DNA from: a candidate division FCPU426 bacterium
GTDB lineage: Bacteria > Oederibacteriota > PGYV01 > Palsa-1178
NCBI GenBank assembly: GCA_963840035.1
Contig: CAWIXE010000001.1
Coordinates: 544,001 to 608,000 of the forward strand
Direction of reading: 5' to 3'
DNA length: 64,000 bases
Shown: positions 40,850 to 49,943 of the stretch, one piece after another
Position numbering within the stretch: the stretch's first letter is position 1
Layout of the letters: every line of letters starts with the position of its first letter
The notes under the pieces: model-generated
Database searches by the model: none
What the model saw: only the letters and a program-made list of their open reading frames with translations
What the model was told of the DNA's origin: nothing
Program-made: the position numbers and the translations under genes

Positions 40850-41382
40850 AACAATGGGTAATAGAAATGCAAGAGTGTGGATACATAGGTGAAAAACTTA
40901 CTGTTCCAGGATACGAGGGAAAGAAAACAAAATTCAGGAGGCCAACAATGGTTGACTTTAAAGAAGAGGTTTTTGATTTAAGCATGAAGCAGATAGAAGA
41001 TGGCGATTTCAACAAAAAAGTCGAGGCAACTGCGACACTAAGCAGAGACGACCATCGGTATTGGAAAGAAGTACTTTATCAAAACGCAAGGACCGGGTAC
41101 TACTACCTTGTAGTAGAAGGCGGATGCATATCACCTTGGGGACAGATGATAGAAAACCCTTCCAATATAGTTTATTGGACCAGCATGGGCAAATTGTACA
41201 TTGAAGGAAAAAAAGGCGAGGAAAAAGTATACGCGCCATGCCAGAGGATATACACTCTCGTTGGCCAAGAGGAAGAAGCCCTTTGGATTAAAAAAGTAGA
41301 AACAGAAGAAAAAATGGGTATATGTAAAATCGAGAGATTTACCCAAGAAAAAAAGATTGAGTCCATTCCATACGTTGGGTAG
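40837..41382 (+). CDS. Hypothetical protein (paralog of 41437-41895)
   Basis: AGGAGG RBS; YWKEVLYQNARTGYYYLVVEGGCISPW motif. Confidence 0.7.
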   Translation: MGRVKQWVIEMQECGYIGEKLTVPGYEGKKTKFRRPTMVDFKEEVFDLSMKQIEDGDFNKKVEATATLSRDDHRYWKEVLYQNARTGYYYLVVEGGCISPWGQMIENPSNIVYWTSMGKLYIEGKKGEEKVYAPCQRIYTLVGQEEEALWIKKVETEEKMGICKIERFTQEKKIESIPYVG

Positions 41383-41436
41383 TAAATGCTTTAATCAAGA
41401 CAGGTTGAGAGCAAACACTCTTGCCTATACTAAAAC

Positions 41437-41895
41437 ATGAGGAGAAAAATAATGTTTGATTATGGAAACGAAATGTTCAACTTAACGGCAAGTGACTTAA
41501 GGAAAAGACCGTTCCTTAAGGTATGTGGATTCAAGGCAACTATTAAGCGCAACGAAGAAGAATACTGGGAAGAAACTCTTTATTGGAATGAATCCACAAA
41601 GAAACACTACATTGTGGGCTCAGGTGGTTATAATTCACCATGGATGGAAGTGGCTGATACTCCAACAAAAATTCTATATTGGAACAAGCATGGTAGATTA
41701 CACATTGATAGAACAATGTTGGTTGAGTACGGATGGTGCCCAGGCAGGCGGATATATCAAGTTACAACAGATGAAATGAAGCAGTGGCGTCAGGAAAACG
41801 TAAAAAAGATAGGTGATGGAACATGTAGGATTAGCGTTGTAAGGAGAACGAAGTCCAGCAGACCAGTCAAAACTAAAACTAAAAGTAAAAAGTAA
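41437..41895 (+). CDS. Hypothetical protein (paralog of 40837-41382)
   Basis: YWEETLYWNESTKKHYIVGSGGYNSPW motif. Confidence 0.7.
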   Translation: MRRKIMFDYGNEMFNLTASDLRKRPFLKVCGFKATIKRNEEEYWEETLYWNESTKKHYIVGSGGYNSPWMEVADTPTKILYWNKHGRLHIDRTMLVEYGWCPGRRIYQVTTDEMKQWRQENVKKIGDGTCRISVVRRTKSSRPVKTKTKSKK

Positions 41896-41946
41896 TTTAG
41901 TTGTGCTGACGATTAAGTGCGGAGGGATATATTCCCCAATAATCAC

Positions 41947-42132
41947 TTAATGAACTTTTGGTGACTTGCTAATGCGCGGCGAAGGGTCTGACACAATGAC
42001 TTGTGAGTGGTTCTGGTAACGGCGTAGACCGTCTGGTTGTACATATTCCTCTATCCAATACTGTTTCTTGTAGCCGGGCATTTCGAGAGTAACGACGCAG
42101 CCCTTGAAAGCATTAGGTTTATTTTTATCCAT
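41947..42132 (-). CDS. Small hypothetical protein
   Basis: AAGGAG RBS on the minus strand. Confidence 0.5.
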   Translation of the reverse strand: MDKNKPNAFKGCVVTLEMPGYKKQYWIEEYVQPDGLRRYQNHSQVIVSDPSPRISKSPKVH

Positions 42133-42298
42133 TTTTTAACTCCTTGAATTTTGTCGGTCTTTACTGATACCGCAATAGACCGTTTGCGTCAATATCTTTC
42201 CCTTTCCTGCCCACGTACGACCCCGTTGTTACGAGCGGAATCGGGCCTATTTTGAGCCATGTCGCAGAGCCCCCTGACCTTACCCACCCCTGATTAAA

Positions 42299-42862
42299 TC
42301 AAGGTGACGTAGTGGTCGTATTGGCCTTTTCTATTTTGAAATGCCTAAGGCCAACATTGTGGAACACTCTTATCCCATGGTCTTTGAGTTCGTTTACGAA
42401 ACCACCTGGAAAGCGAAGATCCTTAGCAAGGAAAACAAGGTCTTTTACCTGCTCTCTCTTTATGGCGTCCAATTCTACGAGGTCGCTGACACTTTTCGCG
42501 GCCTCAAAGTTTTCAGCCGTAAAGGTCTTTAATGAGACAAGAGAAAGGCGGTTGTTCCTTGCGAACTTGTTGATTATCATACGTGTCTTTAGTGCCTCGC
42601 AATTCGATGCAGACCTGCTTGAAAGGACTATTATCCCTACGGCGTTGTGTGTCATTTTCAAATCGTTCAAGAACTGGACTACGCTCAGCATGTTGGCAGG
42701 CGACGGATTGAATTGCCGTGTGAACCATGCGTTCACGGTATGCGTGCTTACCCCCAGCAACATGGACATCTCTGCGTTTGTGAGTTTGAGTTCCCGGCGT
42801 ATTTTATTCAACTCCAACAACATAGGACTGGCTATCTGATAATCTATATCTTCTGTTTCCAT
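42299..42862 (-). CDS. XRE-type HTH protein with a degenerate resolvase-like C-terminal domain
   Basis: IRRELKLTNAEMSMLLGVSTHTVNAW...P; then AVGIIVLSS..E..K..INKFARNNRLSLV. Confidence 0.65.
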   Translation of the reverse strand: METEDIDYQIASPMLLELNKIRRELKLTNAEMSMLLGVSTHTVNAWFTRQFNPSPANMLSVVQFLNDLKMTHNAVGIIVLSSRSASNCEALKTRMIINKFARNNRLSLVSLKTFTAENFEAAKSVSDLVELDAIKREQVKDLVFLAKDLRFPGGFVNELKDHGIRVFHNVGLRHFKIEKANTTTTSP

Positions 42863-43057
42863 TTTCCCCTCCGCGATTCGTGTGTGTTTGGGCTTGGGAT
42901 TTTGGTCATGCCCACCAACACCTTGAAATATCAACCGATACTACTTAATGTTAGTAAATACCTTTTTATAGCCAAGTTTGAACCCGTTTTGTATGGATAA
43001 AATACAATAAAGGTGCTAAAATTACTCAATCAATATTTCTAAAATATAGGTGGTGTT

Positions 43058-44167
43058 ATGAGTAAGAAAGCAGGTTTAGCAAAGCATAAGTTCCTTTTGG
43101 GGGAGTTATTCTGTGGTCCTGGTGGTTTGGCTTTAGGTGCTATCAGTTCCGTCATTAAAAATAAGACCTCAAACTTAACAATTGGTCATTCATGGGCAAA
43201 TGATTACGATGAAGATACATGTAAAACCTATGCACATAATATATGCCCAAAAAGTCCTGAAACAGTTATATGTGAGGACGTTAGAAAACTAAATATTGAA
43301 AAACTTCCTGAAATTGACGCGTTTGCATATGGATTCCCTTGTAATGATTTTAGTATTGTAGGAAAACAAAAAGGTTTTGATGGAGAATTTGGACCATTAT
43401 ATACATATGGTGTCAAAATCATTAATAAATTTAGGCCAAAATTCTTTATTGCAGAAAATGTTGGCGGATTAAGAAACGCAAATGAAGGCAAGGCCTTTAA
43501 AAAGATATTACACGATTTACGTAGTTCGGGAAATGGTTATGAGTTGACGACTAACCTATACAAATCAGAAGAATATGGAGTCCCTCAGACAAGACATAGG
43601 ATAATAATAGTTGGAATAGATAAGAAATATGGCATGAGATTTGAAGTTCCAGCACCTACTACAAAAGGTGACCCTATTACAACAAGGGAAGCATTTGAAA
43701 ATCCAATAATACAAAAAGATGCGCCAAATAATGATTTTACAAAAGTGTCTGATGTAGTAATCGAACGGTTAAAACTAATAAAGCCCGGTCAAAATGTCTG
43801 GAATGCCGATTTACCTCAGCATTTGAAATTGAATGTAAAAGGTGCAAAATTAAGTCAAATTTATAAACGACTTGACCCAAATAAGCCATCCTATACGCTT
43901 ACTGGCAGTGGCGGAGGTGGCACGCATGGATATCATTATGAACACCCAAGGCCATTAACTAATCGTGAAAGAGCAAGAATTCAAACCTTTCCTGACTGGT
44001 TTACTTTTATTGGTTCAAGAGAGAGTGTAAGAAAGCAAATTGGTATGGCTGTACCTGTGAAACTATCAAATATCATTTTTACATCTGTTTTGAAAATGTT
44101 TGCACATATCGATTATCCAAGTACGAAACCAAGTGTTGAAGAAGAAACGCAAGAGGTCGTATTTTAA
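43058..44167 (+). CDS. C5-cytosine DNA methyltransferase
   Basis: ELFCGPGG (I), GFPCNDFS (IV), AENV (VI), PQTRHR (VIII), RERARIQTFPD (IX), QIGMAVP (X). Confidence 0.96.
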   Translation: MSKKAGLAKHKFLLGELFCGPGGLALGAISSVIKNKTSNLTIGHSWANDYDEDTCKTYAHNICPKSPETVICEDVRKLNIEKLPEIDAFAYGFPCNDFSIVGKQKGFDGEFGPLYTYGVKIINKFRPKFFIAENVGGLRNANEGKAFKKILHDLRSSGNGYELTTNLYKSEEYGVPQTRHRIIIVGIDKKYGMRFEVPAPTTKGDPITTREAFENPIIQKDAPNNDFTKVSDVVIERLKLIKPGQNVWNADLPQHLKLNVKGAKLSQIYKRLDPNKPSYTLTGSGGGGTHGYHYEHPRPLTNRERARIQTFPDWFTFIGSRESVRKQIGMAVPVKLSNIIFTSVLKMFAHIDYPSTKPSVEEETQEVVF

Positions 44168-44185
44168 TAATAAAAGGGGTAAAAA

Positions 44186-45154
44186 ATGACTGCAGAAGAA
44201 GTTCTACTCAAAATTTCGGAATTTATCCATACAAGCCCCGAGGAAAGCGCAAAAATATTTGAAAAAGCAGTAGCGAGCAAAGAGATTACCGATGACAAAG
44301 ATACCGGTCTGATAGATGACTGGTTTAATAACAGATTTAAATCCAACATTGTATTTATAGACCAAGAAGGTTATGCAAAAATGTGCATTGATGCGCTTAA
44401 AATTGTTGGAACTATTGCGGCCACTGATTATGGAAGTAGCAGACAACGAGACCTCGGCCAATTGTGGGCAGATATGACTCGTGGATATTTAGGTGAACTT
44501 GCTTTTACAAAATTGTTGAAGGAAAGATGGGATATAGATTCCACATTAGACCACAGTGCAGGGGCATTGGACGATTTTATAAACTTAGACATCCACAAAA
44601 TCAAAAAGCCAAACGAACTTGAACGCCCTCCAAAGTTGAACATTGGAATAAAAACAACAAAATGGAATGGCATATGGCTTGATATCCCAGGAGACCAATT
44701 TAATCATTCAGATATCCATATATTTATAAAAGTTGGTACTGGTAGAGACCATTTATTTGCTTACTTTAGAGAAATAAGTGTATTTAAAGATAAAATTTTG
44801 AAAAAAGGAACTGATAGTGGCATCTTGAACCAGTCAGAAGCGGATGATTTGTATGATAAACTTCCAAAATTTCATTCCATCCCCGCATACATTTGTGGCT
44901 TTGTTGAAAGAGATAAAAAATATAAAAAACTATCATATGGTGGGTCGAAAGGTAGAAAAAATTATAAAATTGACGAATGGCATGGTCCAATGGAACCGTC
45001 TGACTTACCAATTATAAAAGAAAAAGAAGAAGTTTACGGTAAAGTTTCCTTTGAAGGTATCGGTGAATTTTCAAATAGCAAACGATACTTATTTAATGCT
45101 GGTAATTTATTATGGAAAAAAGAAGATTGGGACAAAGTTATAGAAAGGATTTAA
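44186..45154 (+). CDS. Putative type II restriction endonuclease
   Basis: Directly downstream of the MTase; GYLGELAF..D..IGIKTTK PD-(D/E)XK-like pattern. Confidence 0.7.
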   Translation: MTAEEVLLKISEFIHTSPEESAKIFEKAVASKEITDDKDTGLIDDWFNNRFKSNIVFIDQEGYAKMCIDALKIVGTIAATDYGSSRQRDLGQLWADMTRGYLGELAFTKLLKERWDIDSTLDHSAGALDDFINLDIHKIKKPNELERPPKLNIGIKTTKWNGIWLDIPGDQFNHSDIHIFIKVGTGRDHLFAYFREISVFKDKILKKGTDSGILNQSEADDLYDKLPKFHSIPAYICGFVERDKKYKKLSYGGSKGRKNYKIDEWHGPMEPSDLPIIKEKEEVYGKVSFEGIGEFSNSKRYLFNAGNLLWKKEDWDKVIERI

Positions 45155-45258
45155 AATTAGGCAACATTATCCTAGCCGTCAATTATCATAACTGCTAACC
45201 CATTGAAATAGGTTGACATTTTACCTCTGGAAATTCAACGAAAGAGGAGGTAAAATAT

Positions 45259-46833
45259 ATGTGGTTCATGAAGAAAAAGAAAGAAAAGGGAAAGAGAAAA
45301 TACACAAAAAGCGACTCCGCCGGTAAAATCTACTCAAAAGAAGAAAAACTAAAACTGCTAAAAGAATTTGAACAGATAGGTGCGCCTATTACTATGTTCT
45401 GTAAGTGGTATGGAATGGGCGTCGGTACTTTTAAAAGCTGGCAAGAAAGGTACAAAACAGGCGGTGAAGAGGGGCTGGAAGATAACCGCGGCGGCAAAGT
45501 AGCGCAGGAAGTACCGGAAGCGGTAAAAGCGGAAATAGTCAAATTAAAGCTGGAAAATCCCGGAATTGGAGTTAAGAAAATCGGGGATTATTTGATGCGC
45601 AATAAGTTCGTAAAAGTATGCCGCGACGGTATTGAAAAAGTCCTCCGAACCGACCCTCAGACAGCAACAATGGTACAGGAAAAAAGCCTGCGGCATGGAA
45701 ATAGTCAAAAGGAACCGCAGCGTTTTGAAAGAAGCAAACCCGGCGACATGTACCAGATGGATATAATGACATTTATGCTGCAGGGGCTGTACCGGATATA
45801 TGTAATAGCATGTCTGGATGATTATTCGCGGTTTGTCGTCAGTATAGGGGTATTTCGGAACCAAACCAGCGACAGGGTCCTGGATGTGCTAAAAAACGCG
45901 ATAGAAAAGTACGGCATGCCAAAAGAAGTGCTTACTGATAACGGCAGGCAGTTTGCCAGTTGGAGGGGGAAAAGCACATTTCAAAAATTCCTTACAAGAA
46001 GCGGAATAAGCCATTTGAGAAGCCGGCCGTATCATCCCCAAACCTGCGGAAAAGTTGAATCGCTCTGGCGGAATATGTACCAGGAATTACTAAGTAAAGA
46101 GCCGATATCCAGCTTTGAAGACGCGCAGGAAAAGATAGGAAAATGGGTGGAATGGTATAACTTCAAAAGGCCGCATCAGGGGATTGATGGGTTACTGCCT
46201 GCTGACAGGTTTTTCAGCGTTGAAAAGTCGGTGCGTGAAGTTATGGAAAAAGGGGCAGGAATGGTAAAAGACGCGCTAATTGTTGACCCGAGAAAATTAA
46301 AAGAGCCTATGTATTTAATCGGAAAAATAGGCGGAAAAGAAATACGGGTAATAGCAAAAGAAGGAAGTGTTATGGTTGAGGGGTTAGATGCAGTGGAGGA
46401 AAAAAAGGAAAATAAAGAAAATAAGGGGGTAATTGAAAATGGAACAGGAGAAAATTCAGCAGGAAATGATGGAACAGAAATCCACGAAGTACTACAGGGA
46501 AATCCCATACGAGGTGAAGTTTCAGGCAGTACTGAAAGTAATGGCAAAGGAAAAGAAGGTGAAACAGGTCTGCGAGGAGATGGATATATCGAGGGAGACG
46601 TTCCGGGAGTGGAAGAAAATAGCGCTGGAAGGGATAGCCAGGGCGTTCCTGAAGACGGAGAAGAGAGGCAGGAAGCCGAAGAACTACGTGAAGGAAGAGG
46701 ATCTGAGGGAAACAGTGACAAAGGCGCAGGAAGAACAGCGGAAGCTGGAGGAAAAGATCCGGATACTGGAGGAAGAAAAGAAAAAGGCGACACAGGAACT
46801 GCAGATAGCCAGGAAAGCAACGAGCTTCTTTGA
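45259..46833 (+). CDS. IS481-like DDE transposase
   Basis: HTH; RFERSKPGDMYQMD, LDDYSR, VLTDNGRQF, RPYHPQTCGKVE, YNFKRPHQGI..PADRF. Confidence 0.9.
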   Translation: MWFMKKKKEKGKRKYTKSDSAGKIYSKEEKLKLLKEFEQIGAPITMFCKWYGMGVGTFKSWQERYKTGGEEGLEDNRGGKVAQEVPEAVKAEIVKLKLENPGIGVKKIGDYLMRNKFVKVCRDGIEKVLRTDPQTATMVQEKSLRHGNSQKEPQRFERSKPGDMYQMDIMTFMLQGLYRIYVIACLDDYSRFVVSIGVFRNQTSDRVLDVLKNAIEKYGMPKEVLTDNGRQFASWRGKSTFQKFLTRSGISHLRSRPYHPQTCGKVESLWRNMYQELLSKEPISSFEDAQEKIGKWVEWYNFKRPHQGIDGLLPADRFFSVEKSVREVMEKGAGMVKDALIVDPRKLKEPMYLIGKIGGKEIRVIAKEGSVMVEGLDAVEEKKENKENKGVIENGTGENSAGNDGTEIHEVLQGNPIRGEVSGSTESNGKGKEGETGLRGDGYIEGDVPGVEENSAGRDSQGVPEDGEERQEAEELREGRGSEGNSDKGAGRTAEAGGKDPDTGGRKEKGDTGTADSQESNELL

Positions 46834-46939
46834 AAAAAACGATGAAGACGGCGCAAAAAAAAACGCCAATATGCGGAAAGTGTTAAAAGAAATATACTCA
46901 GAAGTGCCGAAGAAACCGTACAAAACGGAGGAAGTATAA
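46433..46939 (+). CDS. IS3-like OrfA (HTH + coiled coil)
   Basis: YEVKFQAVLKV..KKVKQVCEEMDISRETFREWKK, followed by a coiled coil. Confidence 0.8.
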   Translation: MKMEQEKIQQEMMEQKSTKYYREIPYEVKFQAVLKVMAKEKKVKQVCEEMDISRETFREWKKIALEGIARAFLKTEKRGRKPKNYVKEEDLRETVTKAQEEQRKLEEKIRILEEEKKKATQELQIARKATSFFEKNDEDGAKKNANMRKVLKEIYSEVPKKPYKTEEV

Positions 46940-47904
46940 AGGCGTATTTTGATTCAATCGGGGTTCCAAGGGAGTATTATTATGCGTGGAAAAAGAAAGA
47001 TACCCTGGAACCCCAAAAGACAGGGCCGAAACATGCGCCGTGGGCCTTGTCTGGTGAAACAATACTCCGGGTGCTGGAATTAAAACGGAGGTTTTCGGAA
47101 ATATCAACTAATTATGTTTTGGCAATAAAAGCGGGTATATCGCCAAGCAGCGTTGCAAAAATAGTTTATGAGTATTTTGGGCCCAGGAAAAAGCAAAAAG
47201 CGGGAAAGAAAGAGTACAAGTCAGTTGAATGGCTAAAAAAGCATGTCAGCTGGGCGCTAGATACGATTAAAATACGCTGCGAAGAAGGGTATGTGTATGT
47301 TCAGCTGGTATTTGAGGAGTACTCAAGGTGTGTGCTTGGTTGGATTATGAGTTATTCAAATACCGGTGAAAAGGCGAAAATCCTGCTTGAACGCGTGATG
47401 AACGAGCAGGGAATAAAACCGCTTGTGGTTAAAACTGACAGGGGTTCTGAGTTTCAGAACGAAGTATTAATAAGTTATTTGAAAGAAAAAGAGATTCTCA
47501 CGATGCCCAGCCCCGGGCATTATCCGCTTTTCAACGGGAAACTGGAGCGCGAAAATCAGATATTTGAGAAATATCTGAAAACTGAAAAAGGAGGGTTAAA
47601 TTACGAAAAAGTATACGCCAAATTTGAAAGAGCGATTTATGAGATTAATCACGAAATGCCGCGGCGTATATTTGACGGCAAAACAAGCGCTGAAGTTTTC
47701 AAAAACGGAGAAATATACAAAAACGAAGAAAAGCATGAGCTAATTAAAAAAGCTGAAAATGCGATTGCGGAAATTGAAAAACAGAAAATACCGGGACTGG
47801 ATAAACTTGACGTTGTGAGGAAGGCCGTGGTAAAATCAGTTGTAGATATGGGGTTGTGTTTGATCAAATCCGGAGAACAAAATGTCAACCAATTTGCGGG
47901 GTAA
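46855..47904 (+). CDS. IS3-like OrfB DDE transposase, probably reached by -1 frameshift at A9 (46855-46863)
   Basis: Frame open from 46846 to 47904; WALDTI, KTDRGSEF, NGKLEREN; lies in the -1 frame relative to OrfA. Confidence 0.8.
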   Translation, partial: KKKRQYAESVKRNILRSAEETVQNGGSIKAYFDSIGVPREYYYAWKKKDTLEPQKTGPKHAPWALSGETILRVLELKRRFSEISTNYVLAIKAGISPSSVAKIVYEYFGPRKKQKAGKKEYKSVEWLKKHVSWALDTIKIRCEEGYVYVQLVFEEYSRCVLGWIMSYSNTGEKAKILLERVMNEQGIKPLVVKTDRGSEFQNEVLISYLKEKEILTMPSPGHYPLFNGKLERENQIFEKYLKTEKGGLNYEKVYAKFERAIYEINHEMPRRIFDGKTSAEVFKNGEIYKNEEKHELIKKAENAIAEIEKQKIPGLDKLDVVRKAVVKSVVDMGLCLIKSGEQNVNQFAG

Positions 47905-47907
47905 AAA

Positions 47908-48447
47908 GTGACAATAATTGACAGGCAGGACAATCATGAAGACCCTGAGTTTATCGCAGCGTGTAAGAAGAGCGATGCTGAAAAGGAACTGAGAGAAGCC
48001 AACTTAAGACGCGATTTTGGGGCAAAAGTTCTCAGTGAGCAAGGCAAAGATAAGACAATTGTGTTGGATAAGGTTGGTATGATATTCCTTGCGAGGTCTG
48101 GTAAGGCACTATATACGACCTCTTGCGAGATAGAGGTAGATGGCGGATACACGGCCGAGATAGGGTTTAGAGAGGACACATACCCGGAACTGTTGCGGAT
48201 ATTGAAACAAAGGTTACCTGAGCATTACAGGACAAAGATAACTGACAAACTTGAAAAGGAGTACACAAAGCCCATATACATACCCTGGTTCACAGCGTTT
48301 GACTTTCGAATCGAAGCAGTGTTAGGTTCGCCATTACACCATCAGGATGGCAGAGAGTTTATCCCTTTCTATGCCACTAAGGTTGAGGAAATTAGAGTGG
48401 AATACAGTAAACGTAAGAAGAGGCAGTCAAAAAAACCACAAGTTTAG
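47908..48447 (+). CDS. Hypothetical protein, 5' end lies inside the IS right end (likely truncated)
   Basis: Predicted GTG start falls within the terminal IR. Confidence 0.5.
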   Translation: MTIIDRQDNHEDPEFIAACKKSDAEKELREANLRRDFGAKVLSEQGKDKTIVLDKVGMIFLARSGKALYTTSCEIEVDGGYTAEIGFREDTYPELLRILKQRLPEHYRTKITDKLEKEYTKPIYIPWFTAFDFRIEAVLGSPLHHQDGREFIPFYATKVEEIRVEYSKRKKRQSKKPQV

Positions 48448-48531
48448 TCGGTAAGGGCCTTTACTGGTTTTAATACTTGCCTTTGCAATTAAAGGTGCTA
48501 AAATGGGTTAAATTAATCAGGGAGGTTTATA

Positions 48532-48753
48532 ATGTCCGCACAAAAACTATCAGAAGAATTAAAAAACTTGATGTTAGAAAAAGAAGTGAAAGCAAAAATG
48601 TTAGAAGTTGAAAAAATAGGACTTAAACCTACTGGCGAAGATTTTGAAAAGTATTGCCAAGTAAGAAGAGTCAAAGAAAATACCTCAAGGGCTATAATCC
48701 TACAAATTATGCTTGACTATTGCGACGACCTACTCAGAGAACACAAAAAATAG
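48532..48753 (+). CDS. Small hypothetical protein
   Basis: GGAGG RBS and promoter-like sequence upstream. Confidence 0.6.
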   Translation: MSAQKLSEELKNLMLEKEVKAKMLEVEKIGLKPTGEDFEKYCQVRRVKENTSRAIILQIMLDYCDDLLREHKK

Positions 48754-48776
48754 TTTTGAATTATAAAGGGTGAACA

Positions 48777-49352
48777 ATGACACGAGTATCAATAATTTAT
48801 TCAAATGGTTCTGCAAAAATAGAAATGCCCGACAAGGAAAATGTAGAGATGACTTTTCCAAGTGGGGCATCTACACATTTTCATTTTAAAGATTTTGTTC
48901 GGAATTGTAGTTTCGCTATTGCTCATACAAGCGATGAATGGAGTTTTTTGTATGATAAAAATAGTTACTGGCAATCGCCGCTAAATGTACGAGGGACAGA
49001 TGAATTAATGGCTGTAGTTAGTTTATTTCATTTTTGTCATGAAATCTTTGGAAACAATAAAACAAAAACAACTGATTTTTTAAGCAATGTCTTTGTTGAT
49101 TCATTACCTGCTGGTAACTACTTGATAGTTCCCGGAGTAGAATTACAGAACGAACTAAAAGAATTCCCTATTTTTGTAAATAAAGGAAGAGTATACAAGT
49201 GTGAGATTGAAATGGACGGGTCTGCAAAAATTGAGTTTTATTTTAGGCCCTACAACACACCTATGTTAAGTATGAGTCAAATCAATGAAAAGGAAAGAGA
49301 TTTGAACGACAAGTTAAAAAGTGAATATCGTAGGATACTCGGCAATGTTTAG
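48777..49352 (+). CDS. Hypothetical protein
   Basis: 191-aa AT-rich ORF in an operon-like arrangement. Confidence 0.6.
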   Translation: MTRVSIIYSNGSAKIEMPDKENVEMTFPSGASTHFHFKDFVRNCSFAIAHTSDEWSFLYDKNSYWQSPLNVRGTDELMAVVSLFHFCHEIFGNNKTKTTDFLSNVFVDSLPAGNYLIVPGVELQNELKEFPIFVNKGRVYKCEIEMDGSAKIEFYFRPYNTPMLSMSQINEKERDLNDKLKSEYRRILGNV

Positions 49353-49782
49353 AGCATATATTGCCACCCTAATTGCAAACCTTGTTGACGCATATTACAT
49401 TTATGTTATTTCCTATCTTATAGGGATGATTCCATTTGTGTGGGTCAGTATACCAAAAATTCGAAAGAACCACTGGATTGCCGTTAAGGACAACAAGGTC
49501 TACGATAACGGGGATATTAAGAAAGACAACATGTACCTAAATGGAATAATTGAGGAACTTATACCACTTGGTAATCTAACATTCGCAATTGCCTTTTTAG
49601 CAGATAAGGAGTTAAGTCCTATTGCAAGAGAATTAGCGATTATATTTTTTGTAATTTGTTTTATTGCATTTACAATTTCAAACATTAAAAATATTAAAGA
49701 TACGAAGTTTGTATATCATGTACATACGTTTTTGATGTTTTTAGGTGCAGCGATTGTATTCTATTTTTACTTTATAAAATAA
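49345..49782 (+). CDS. Hypothetical membrane protein
   Basis: 3-4 hydrophobic segments; overlaps the previous stop codon. Confidence 0.6.
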   Translation: MFRAYIATLIANLVDAYYIYVISYLIGMIPFVWVSIPKIRKNHWIAVKDNKVYDNGDIKKDNMYLNGIIEELIPLGNLTFAIAFLADKELSPIARELAIIFFVICFIAFTISNIKNIKDTKFVYHVHTFLMFLGAAIVFYFYFIK

Positions 49783-49943
49783 CCAGTTATTTCTAAGGTA
49801 ATTATTTACAAGTTATATCAGTTCGGTTCTCTGGCGCCGACAAACTGCGCAACCGTTCGTAGGTGGAATCGAAATCATCGGTGGTAAACCAATTTTGAAG
49901 TGAGGCAAAACTCGGACACTCAAAATATCCCACCGCCTCCACC

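Larger units (their letters stand above)
45168..47932 (+). mobile_element. Insertion sequence with ~55-bp imperfect terminal IRs encoding two DDE transposases
   Basis: Left TATCCTAGCCGTCAATTATC..AAATAGGTTGACATTTT vs reverse complement of right end TGTCCTGCCTGTCAATTATT..AAATTGGTTGACATTTT. Confidence 0.82.

Noticed and set aside
45163..47937. Target-site duplication for the dual-transposase IS
   Set aside because: Flanks AACAT and ATCAT match only 4/5 and the left end reads TAT rather than TGT, so a duplication cannot be asserted
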